From: Octopus vulgaris
Taxonomy: Eukaryota
Direction: 5' to 3'
NCBI GenBank assembly: GCA_951406725.2
Contig: OX597818.1
Coordinates: 119,722,001 to 119,786,000 of the forward strand
Length of the DNA stretch: 64,000 nt
The position numbers were made by a program, and so were the translations under genes. This document shows, piece after piece, positions 53,473 to 64,000 of the stretch. The first letter of the stretch is position 1, and every line of letters starts with the position of its first letter. The notes beneath the pieces were generated by a model that saw only the letters and a program-made list of their open reading frames with translations, searched no databases and was not told the origin of the DNA.

Positions 53473-54245
53473 TGTACCAAATTTTTAAACCAATATTACT
53501 CTACTGTGCCAACGATGCGATACGGGTTCGAAATCCATTGTTTACCACATTTTTATACTCTCTCGTACACTTTACTCTTGAGCTCGTTTTTACTTATTTA
53601 CCAATGTAAACATGTAAATTCAAATAAACAAACATTAAAGCATTGTTATGTCTTTGAAATATTGTACCTTGTAGGCAGCAGTAATTAAAACTTTGAGGAA
53701 GGAGATCAAAGAAACCTGACTTCTATGTCGTGACAAAGTCTACTCTGAAGAATGGTTTACAGTTCTCTGAAATCGTGATAACAACATATGTGCACCATTC
53801 CGTTTTAGCTTAATCCTTTTTAGTAAACCACAATACAGAAAGAAGAATTGTTTTGGAAAAGTTGGAATTATTGCTCGTTTAATAAGCAAACACACATACA
53901 CATACGCACACCCAAATATGTATATATATTTATATAAACATATATGTATATAAAAGTAAGTATATGCATATATATTTATGCTGGTATATATTTATGCCTA
54001 TATTATCGCCATCATCATCATCATCATCATCATCCACGTGAACGTTGCTACAATCGCAATCACACTAAACAACATGCTTAGCGCCTTTCTTTTCCGGCTT
54101 TACGCTGCGAGTTCAAATGCTGCTGAGGACGTCTTTGCGTTTCGTGACGGTAGATAAATGAAAAAGCATTTAAGCACTGGGGTTGATGCAATCGACTATA
54201 CCTTCAAAAACAATTTTCAAGCCTTGTACTTATGGAAAAAGAAGG

Positions 54246-54650
<405 letters not shown>

Positions 54651-55943
54651 TGCCTTTGCACAGCTTCTAATGCTGGAGATGTACTACAGTGTCAGCTGTT
54701 CACTACCAGTGAACTAAGGTAACAGCTCATATTTTTCGAGCACCTTCCCGGAGTATTCGAGCGGTTCCAAGCAGTGCTGTTTTCTACAAGTGCTCCACTC
54801 TTATTGCAGCCCCTATTTGTTCCACGTACTTCTTGAGATTTTTTCTCACTGTTCCCAGGGCTCCGACAATTATTGGCACTACTGCTACCTTTTTCATCAA
54901 CTACAACTGCTTAACTTCCCAAGCTAACCTGTCATATCTCTCGACTTTTCTTTCTTCCTTATCGCATACCTTGTCAGCTGGGCATGCTATATCAATGATC
55001 CAGCATAGTTTGTTTTCTTTCTCAATTCTCAATTAACACTATGTCTGATCTCATGGTCGCAATGAATCATAAAATCCCATAGGATCTTTGCATTTCTATT
55101 TTCGACAATGCCTTCAAGTTTGTAGTCGTGCCAATTTTTTGCTCTGTCAAGTCCATACTTGTTGCAGAGTGTCCAGTGGACAAGCTAGCTATATTGTCGT
55201 GGCGTGTCTTATACTCCTTCTGGGTTAGTGGCGTACATTGACTGGTAATATGCCATACGGTTTCACCGCTTTGTCCACAGATTCTGCACTTATCGCTTTC
55301 TGCTGTGATGTCTATTCTGTATTTTATGTTGTTTGCTCTTAGTGCTTGCTCTTGGGCAGCATAAATTAGAGCCTCCGTTTCCAGTTTTAAATCACTTTTA
55401 GTCATCCGCAGCCATCGCTTTTCTAAGTCTGTCTTATCTTCAACATCTCTATGAAATTGACCATGCATTCTTTTCTTTACCTACCAATTATCAATTTCAT
55501 TCGTTTTCAATTTCTTGTATAGTGCTTTATCTTTGCAATCTTTCATCCTACACAAGCCCGACCTTCTTACTTCCAATAATAGCGGTTCTGCGGTATTTTT
55601 TACATACCATGCTATGTTGTTAACTTCTGCTCTAATGCTGTGTTCGCATCCAATCAGTCCTCTTCCCCCACTTTTTCTTGGTACATACAGTGTGTTTGTG
55701 TCACTTCTTGGGTGGATTATCCCTTATCCAGTCAGCAACTTTCTTGTCTTTCTGTCTAAGCTGTTTAGTTGGTCTACTGTCCATGCGATTACCCCTGCTC
55801 CATATCTAAGGAGTGAAACCGCCCATGTGGTGATAGCTTCGATCTTATTCCGTCCATTTAATTTCGACTTGAGGATCAGTCTGTCTGCGCAAGTACTCCA
55901 CCTTAAATTTTTCTGTCATTTCTTTCTCCATCTTTCTCCATCA
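54651..55943 (-). mobile_element. R4/Dong-like LINE, family E, 3' 1.3 kb
   Basis: LDRKTRKLL, LYVPRKSGGRGL, MHGQFHR...LKLETEALIYAAQEQAL, CRICGQSGETVWHITSQC, RHDNIA, TALLGTARILRKVL. Confidence 0.93.
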
Positions 55944-56468
55944 AAAAACCACAAGTTAAAAGTTCAAATTAGTGTTATGACTAGGGTGCCATATATTTGG
56001 TTTTGCACATAGTATTGTTCTAGAGAATGTTTAAGAAACCATAAGAAAATTATGTTTGTTTTAAAATTTGAGATTACATAGAAAGTATTTTGCGTAGGAT
56101 ATATATACAACACATATATATATATACGGCGGGCTTCTTTCCGTTTCCATCTAACAAATTCATTCACAAGTCTTTAGTCGATTCGAGGCTTTAGTAGGAA
56201 GCACCTGCCCAAGATACCATGAAGTGGGACTGAACCCAAGACCACATGAATGGAAGGAAGGTTCTTAACCACACAGTTACGTAGGCATCACGTTTGCCTT
56301 CATCACTTTGGTAATAACAAAGTCCTGAGGAGTAGAGAAGAGCACTAAAATATAATTATGCCAAAACGACGAAACAGTAACGGTAAGGAAGATGGGGTTA
56401 TTTCCCCTTTTATGAGACGAAATTTTTGAAATTGAACTCATTCCATAATACGGTTTAACTGTATCGGT

Positions 56469-56953
56469 AAAAAATAATGGCAGGGCCTCGGATGGAATTC
56501 TATGGATTATAGGTCAACTTCATCAAATTTGACTTGGAGTTAATCAACAAAAAATAATGGCAGGGCCTCGGATGGAATTCTATGGATTATAGGTCAACTT
56601 CATCAAATTTGACTTGGAGTTAATCAACAAAAAATAATGGCAGGGCCTCGGATGGAATTCTATGGATTATAGGTCAACTTCATCAAATTTGACTTGGAGT
56701 TAATCAACAAAAAATAATGGCAGGGCCTCGGATGGAATTCTATGGATTATAGGTCAACTTCATCAAATTTGACTTGGAGTTAATCAACAAAAAATAATGG
56801 CAGGGCCTCGGATGGAATTCTATGGATTATAGGTCAACTTCATCAAATTTGACTTGGAGTTAATCAACAAAAAATAATGGCAGGGCCTCGGATGAAATTC
56901 TATGGATTATAGGTCAACTTCATCAAATTTGACTTGGAGCTAATCAACAAAAA
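56469..56953. repeat. 80-bp tandem repeat, 6 copies
   Basis: cagggcctcg at 56481, 56561, 56641, 56721, 56801 and 56881. Only the last unit has two substitutions. Confidence 0.97.
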
Positions 56954-57442
56954 CATTTCAACAACGGCTGACAATTGTTAATGACGAGAAGATTAACATG
57001 GAATTGTACATTTACAAATGGAATCTACTAAATGTAACACAAAATATGTCTATTTTTTAAATATTAATATACTTCCTCTATGCAAATACATTTTTATAGG
57101 TTTTCTTTGTTTCGTTTCATAGTTATTCTGCATGTCACTTCTGGAGAGAGAGAGTACAGTTCGTTCATTTTTTTTGATGGCAGATGGGGGATGGCTTTTT
57201 CTATTTTTCCGTACGTATCTGTCACGATATAAGTGTCAAATATGGCAGTCCCTGACGTAGTAGTGAAAAGCTGTTTTGAATGAGAAATGATCGCCTAAGT
57301 TGGCAATCTTATTTTAAGATAACTGGCAGATGAATGACTTCGAAGATTTTCCTGGCATTTATACAGCTCAAAATATGACATTTTCGATGGGTTATGTGTC
57401 TCTTGTTGAAAGTTGCATCGCTGTAAACGAAATTATATTGTA

Positions 57443-57486
<44 letters not shown>

Positions 57487-57600
57487 GCATATCTGTATTC
57501 GTAAATAGATAGATAGATATCGATGGAGATTATGTATGTATATGCGTTTGTGTGTGCGTGCGTGTGTGCACATATATGTATGTGTATCTATGTATATGTA

Positions 57601-57685
<85 letters not shown>

Positions 57686-57921
57686 GTGGAAATACTGTAA
57701 GAAGGCCACCATACAATAATAGTGACCTTGAGAAGTTGCCTGCTACAAATACTTTTCTGTTTTAAGTAATATACGCCTATACTAGATGCCTTTCCAATAC
57801 GAATGCCGCAGTATTATGGCGTTCTTGCAGTATATCTACGCTAAGTAAGATACACAGATTGTTTTTCGAACTAATACTACTTCCGACGCTAAAGACAAAT
57901 ACATACATGTGTGTGTGTGTG

Positions 57922-57991
<70 letters not shown>

Positions 57992-57992
57992 T

Positions 57993-58147
<155 letters not shown>

Positions 58148-58166
58148 TTATTATATATATATATTG

Positions 58167-58550
58167 TGGAGGTTCAATGGACCAATGGTTAGGACAGCGG
58201 ACATGCCGTCGTAGAATCGGGGTTTTTAATTTTCCAGAACGGACGTTGTGAGTGTTTATTGAGCGAAAACACCTAAATCTCCACGAGGCTCCGGTAGGGA
58301 GGAAGGGTGGCGAAACCTGCTGTACTCTTTCACCACAACTTTCTCTTACTCTTACTTCCTGTTTCTGTTGTACCTGTATTTCAAAGGGCCGGCCTTGTCA
58401 CTCTCTGTGTCACGCTGAATATCTCCGAGAACTACGTTAAGGGTACACGTGTCTGGGGAGTGCTCAGCCACTTACTCGTTAATTTCACGAGCAGGCTGTT
58501 CCGTTGATTCGGATCAACCGGAACCCTCGTCGTCGTTACCGACGGAGTGC
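58167..58550 (+). mobile_element. SINE S3, full length
   Basis: Forward homolog of 48505-48877. Confidence 0.9.
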
Positions 58551-58829
58551 TTCCACAGTACGATGTTTTCATTGCTGTTTTTATTGTTTATCATTGTCTT
58601 TCAATAGCTTAAATTTTTTTCACTTTATATTTTTGCATCTGATCAGTAATTTCCTATGTTTAGACTGCGGCTATGCTGGGGCACCACCTTAAAGAATTTT
58701 TAGTCGAATGAGTCGACCACAGTACTGATTTTTTTAGCCTGGTACTTATTCTATCGGTCTCTTTTGCCAAACCACTAAAACGCACAAACACCAGGACAAT
58801 ACAGACACAAAGACACACTCAAAGACGTG

Positions 58830-58891
<62 letters not shown>

Positions 58892-59031
58892 ATGTATGTA
58901 TATAGTTATCGTATATTCTGTTAGGAAATGTTAGAGTACAGTATAAAGCTCGTCCAACTTCAGAATTGCCCAGTACTATCCGGTAGTATTATTACATTCT
59001 TCCAAGTTTAAGTTTGGGCATTTGTTGTGTG

Positions 59032-59104
<73 letters not shown>

Positions 59105-60008
59105 GGCGTCTTTCAGTTTCGATCTACCAAATCTGGTCATAAGGATTTGGTCGGCCGGAAATTATAGTAGAAGACACTTGCCCGAAGGACAACGCAGTGG
59201 AACTGAACACGGAACCATATGGTTGGGAAGTAAACTTCTTACCGCAAAACAACTCCGGAGTTCTTAAAATCATTGCGTATGTGGTTAAAGGAACGCAAAA
59301 ATGAAATAGGTTCTGGAAGATAATACGTATTTTTATTTATTTTCGATAAATGTAACATCCAGAAACAATACGTTTAGCGACGAACGCCGAATATAGAGGT
59401 TTTAAGTCTCAAACAAAATGTGTTGATTTTGTAACACCAGGGTAATAGGGATTTGCGAAATTTTAAGAGTTTACTGTAAGGAAAGGTACCACAAGAGTCA
59501 TCTGATATTAGCTCTACTCTGCATCAGCATTAAGTGATCCTTCTAGATGTCAGATTCCTTATATAATGTCATAAATTGTAACCAATGGCGTAATATCATC
59601 GTATTTTTGTATATTCGTAATCATGCTTTGTGTTTTATATTTAACATATAAACGTTGGATTTCTTCTCCGTTAATACAGTAAATCATACGCCAGGCAGAT
59701 TTGGTTTTCTTTCAGCTTTTTTTTTTTTTTTTTAGAAAGCTTCAACTATCGCATAAACTTCTCATTTTTTAAGGTAGATTGATTTTCTCAGTAAAATTTA
59801 GTGATTGATAAAAGAATGCTAAAGTTCAACAATTTTTTTTATCAAGAACATACTCGATGGTAGCTGCAGAAGCGCTAATTTCGATGATAAACGACATGAG
59901 TTTAACCTTGACAAATTCCATGCAAGTTGTTCTTAAGTTAGCGATTGCTGTTACAACTTCCGATCTTTGTGATCTTCAATCGCTGTTTTGAATTATCATT
60001 AGAAAATA

Positions 60009-60401
60009 CTATCAGTATAGCCCGGCGTTGCTCGGGTTTGTTTCGACCTTTTAGAATTGGAATTTTTGAAAAGTAAAAATTTTACATTATGTAGCTTGTT
60101 ATTCTCTTTAAGTGGACATTTTTCTGGTCGAAATACAGCGAAAAATGACGACACAGCAGTCAAAACATCGTAAAAGACAGGGATTTTCATAGAAAAAAAG
60201 CACCTTTTTGATGTAAATAATTTTTGGTGTTTACATGGTCCGATTTGAATTTTTTTCTTGTACGGAAGGAAGAGCAAGCCTTCTTCTATCATACTTTCAA
60301 TTATGGTCAACTTGCAGCGCAGGGTCTCGGAGGAGATAGTGTTAGTTGAAGGCGACCAAACCTGCCACACACAGACAACTTCTGCTTTATATAGAGAGAG
60401 A
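60009..60401 (-). mobile_element. Non-autonomous Helitron
   Basis: Minus strand starts TC and ends (g)aTAG, one change from CTAG. GC hairpin cccgagcaacgccggg lies about 12 nt from the 3' end. Sits between A and T with no TSD. Confidence 0.8.
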
Positions 60402-60882
60402 TTTCAATGTATCATATAGATGTAATTTTTAACGCTGAATCCGAATTTGTTATTCATTTATTCCAGAAAAAGTTTGCAAAAAATGTTACAGGTGTTCAAA
60501 GACTGATAATATTCAGAAATTTCAGCCAATCAGAAAACAGCGCGTTCGCTGCCTCTTCCATCATCAGGGTATGGGGAGCATCGACATGTCAAAACGTTGC
60601 TAGATATAACAGTCAAAACATTAAAATATACACGAATGAAGTTAACATTAAAGCATTCGCGAGCAAATTAAATAATTAAAAACAGGAGTTGAATGTTCGC
60701 CATCTCACTTCCATTACACACACACACACACATACACACATACACACACATTCACATACCTCCCTTTTACATACACACACATACTCACACAGAGTTGAAA
60801 CGCTCCCGCTGCCAGTTTGCCATCAGTCTTTCCTTCCTTATTCATCTATCCCCCCCTTCTTTTCTCATTCATATGTTCTTTT

Positions 60883-61455
60883 CTACGCTAGGCAGAAGAG
60901 CCGAAATTTTGGGGAAGAGGACCAGTCGATTACATTGACCCCAGTACGCAACTGGTACTTAATTTATCGATCCAGAAAGGATGAAAGGCACAGTCGACCT
61001 CGGCAGAATTTGAACTCAGAACATAAAGACAGACGAAATACCTATTTCTTTATTACCCACAAGGGGCTAAACACAGAGGGGACAAACAAGGACAGACATA
61101 GGTATTAAGTCGATTACATCGACCCCAGTGCGTAACTGGTACTTGATTTATCGACCCCGAAAGGATGAAAGGCAAAGTCGACCTCGGCGGAATTCGAACT
61201 CACAACGTAACGCAGACGAAATACCTATTTCTTTATTACCCACAAGGGGCTAAACACAGAGGGGACAAACAAGGACAGACATAGGTATTAAGTCGATTAC
61301 ATCGACCCCAGTGCGTAACTGGTACTTAATTTTTCGACCCCGAAAGGATGAAAGGCAAAGTCGACCTCGGCGGAATTTGAACTCACAACGTAACGGCAGA
61401 CGAAATACCGCTAAGCATTTCGCCCGGCGTGCTAACGTTTCTGCCAGCTCGCCGC
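60883..61455 (-). mobile_element. SINE S1 trimer
   Basis: gacgaaatacc recurs with an approximately 184-bp period. Single head at the 61455 end. The middle units are nearly identical. Confidence 0.93.
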
Positions 61456-62929
61456 TTTATCTTCGGATTGTAATGTAACATAAAAGGTACACGCACCGTA
61501 AGACAATATAAATCACTGGTAAGCGGATGGTCTTTTACTTAAGCTGGGTAACAAACGTCTAAGTAAATACTTTTAACAGTTTCAGAGCAGTCAACTACTT
61601 TCTTTTGCTTTTATTGTTAAAAACATGTAAGGCGCAAACTGGCAGACTCACTTATACGCCGAAAAACAAGGTCTAGCGTCATTTTACCTGTCTTTACGTT
61701 CTGAGCTGAAATGCCATCGAGGTCGACTTTGTCTTTCGAGGTAGATAAAATAAGTACCATTAGAGCACTGACATCGTTGTAATCGACTCGTCTCAAGATT
61801 CGAATCCTTGTGCCTAGAGCAGACAGAATTGTTCACGTCATTTACCTGCGCTAGCCCCACACTATGTCACTTCAATAATGTCGTCCTTGAGAATATAATT
61901 ATATATCGAGTATAATTGCTCACTTCTGTGATCGTTGAACTTATGGGATTTTGTAATTACAAATTTAATTCCTGGAGACATATAAGTGGATACTGTTGGT
62001 GGATCTATTTTTAGAGAAGCTGCAGGGCAAACTTGCAAGTCCCGTTTACAGAGTTTAACATACGAATTTTAGCTAAAAAAAAATTGATATAAAGATTAAC
62101 GTCCACATAGCTGTGAAGTAGTACTATGAACTGCATTTGGCCGTAGGGGTAGTTTTTTTTTTCATTTAATTTCACTTTAATTTTTGATCAGTGTAATCAA
62201 TTGAAATAAGACCATCGCTGTCGAATCAGTCTCTCTCTCTCTCTCTCTCTCTCTATTTATCTATCCATCTATCTCTCACTGTCGGCACTGAAGGTTATAT
62301 GCTAATTAACTATAGATGACAGTTGCAGAGCTAGCCGTGTCGAGGAGGAACCCTTTTAGAACAGCTGGGTTAATAATTATTTCTACTGTAGATATAGTGC
62401 GGGAAATTTGAAGGGAGATGAATAGTCGATTACATCGACCCCGTGGTCGATTAGTACTTATTTTAGCGATCCTGATAGGATATAAATCAAAGTTGACATG
62501 TATATATATAGAAACATGTATATGTATACATAGTGAAACTAATAGAAATTAAACAATTAAAAGTGAAACTAATAACATATATACAAAGTGAAGCTAATAA
62601 AAATGAAACTATTAAAAGTAAAACTATTGAAAGTGAAATCATATAATAGTGGAACTATTATATCACATTACAATAGAGATGTTATTGTTTCACTTTTGAC
62701 ACATAATGCCGAGACAGTCTAAGAGATTGTTCCGGGCTCGCATTGGGCAAGAAGGTGACGAATTGTTGTATCCATGACACTCCATGGACCCTAAGTAAGG
62801 CATGTGTATAATTTGAATGAAATTGGTTGGGTAGTTCTCGAGTTTTAGTGATGCACACATACGCACACAAACACACACAAACCGACAAGCAGATACACAT
62901 CCTCAGTTTATATATATATATATGTGCGC

Positions 62930-62963
<34 letters not shown>

Positions 62964-62977
62964 GTGTATGCATATAG

Positions 62978-63027
<50 letters not shown>

Positions 63028-63028
<1 letters not shown>

Positions 63029-63430
63029 ACAAAGTGGAGTTGTAAGGTACCGCACAAGTGGAATTATATACGAAAGAAGGTTTGAAAATGCAATTTTAAA
63101 AGATGTTTATTTACTTTACCGGTTTCACTCTTTGGAAAAAGATTGTCAAAAGTAACATGTAGAAGTTTGGTTGCGTTAATTATTGGTTGTTACAAAATGC
63201 TACATTACATATATACAGTCTTTGGTAACAAGGACATGATAAGGACATAAAAAAGTTTAACAAGTTCGTTAAAATATTGGGCACAAAAGATTACAACATA
63301 AATATACATTCTCAAGAACATGTTAAAGATAGTTTCCAGAAGGAATTATTATAAAGTTCAGTGGGATATTGGTACTGTATCTGTATATTCAAACACGCAC
63401 AGAATATTGGTTGTCACAGAGTACTACAAT
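63028..63430 (-). mobile_element. Probable Penelope-like terminus with degenerate hammerhead-like motif
   Basis: (TA)n flanks. Minus strand ttacttt-tgacaa-tcttt-ttcc-aaaga-gt-GAAA-ccggt-aaagtaa at 63111-63155. Confidence 0.5.
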
Positions 63431-63573
63431 ACATATATATACATTCTTAAGAATGTATATATATGTATATACATTCCAATGTATATATATTCCAAAGAAT
63501 GTATATATATATATATATATATATGTATTGTAGTACTCTGTGACAACCAATATTCTGTGCGTGTTTGAATATA
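63384..63573. repeat. Perfect inverted repeat (about 58-bp arms)
   Basis: tatattcaaacacgcacagaatattggttgtcacagagtactacaatacat versus its reverse complement at 63523-63573. Confidence 0.94.
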
Positions 63574-63615
63574 TAGGTATGTGTCAATAGTATGTTTCTA
63601 GTATTGAATATTATA

Positions 63616-63679
<64 letters not shown>

Positions 63680-63834
63680 TATGTGTGTATGTATGTATAT
63701 AATTTCAGCGTGGAAGACGTTTTGTTTCAGCACACGATCTCAGATCGAGTCACTTGCTATGCAAGTACATCTCCGTAAAATATATATATATAAATATATA
63801 ATATTCAATACTAGAAACATATTATTGACACGTA

Positions 63835-63840
<6 letters not shown>
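63572..63840. repeat. Second, abutting inverted repeat (about 59-bp arms)
   Basis: tataggtatgtgtcaatagtatgtttctagtattgaatattatata versus 63795-63840, with two mismatches. Confidence 0.92.
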
Positions 63841-63871
<31 letters not shown>

Positions 63872-64000
63872 TTTCACCCCTACTCCCCTTCCCTTCTTCC
63901 CTCTTTCTCCCTCCCTCCTTCCCTCTTCCCCTTCCCTCTGCTCCCTCACTCCCCTTCTCTCTCCCCCCTCTCCCTCTTTCCTCCTTCCTCCTCCCCTCCT

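Noticed and set aside
53730-53780. ctgaaga...gaaa hammerhead candidate and a weak PLE-like C-terminus upstream
   Set aside because: Stem I and stem II pairings are not convincing, and the protein similarity is too weak.
56469-56953. CRISPR-like or C/D-box snoRNA array
   Set aside because: No variable spacers and a eukaryotic context. The minus-strand TGATGA has no matching CTGA box within the unit.

Overview
AT-rich eukaryotic (animal) genomic DNA. It is very probably an octopus, inferred from the extreme microsatellite load and the tRNA-derived SINE repertoire. I find no credible host protein-coding gene; almost all ORFs in the supplied track are microsatellite or SINE read-through artefacts. 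The window is a mosaic of repeats: (1) at least four tRNA-derived SINE head types with shuffled cores and tails, one forming 184-bp head-less multimers; (2) REL-endonuclease LINE relics (R4/Dong-like), mostly anchored in (TAA)n, with one family ending in (TACA/CA)n; (3) RTE-type LINE fragments; (4) Penelope-like element (PLE) pieces, including a GIY-YIG fragment and several minimal hammerhead-ribozyme-like motifs; (5) a full-length IR/DR Tc1 (DD34E) with only three stop codons, plus a DD36E Tc1 relic; (6) a non-autonomous Helitron and a Helentron-like element; (7) an 80-bp x6 tandem array and several long fold-back palindromes. The best leads are a variant-core hammerhead family, a 95-bp hairpin with a hammerhead-like core at its tip, and the fixed-junction SINE multimers. 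All coordinates were read by eye and may be off by a few bases.
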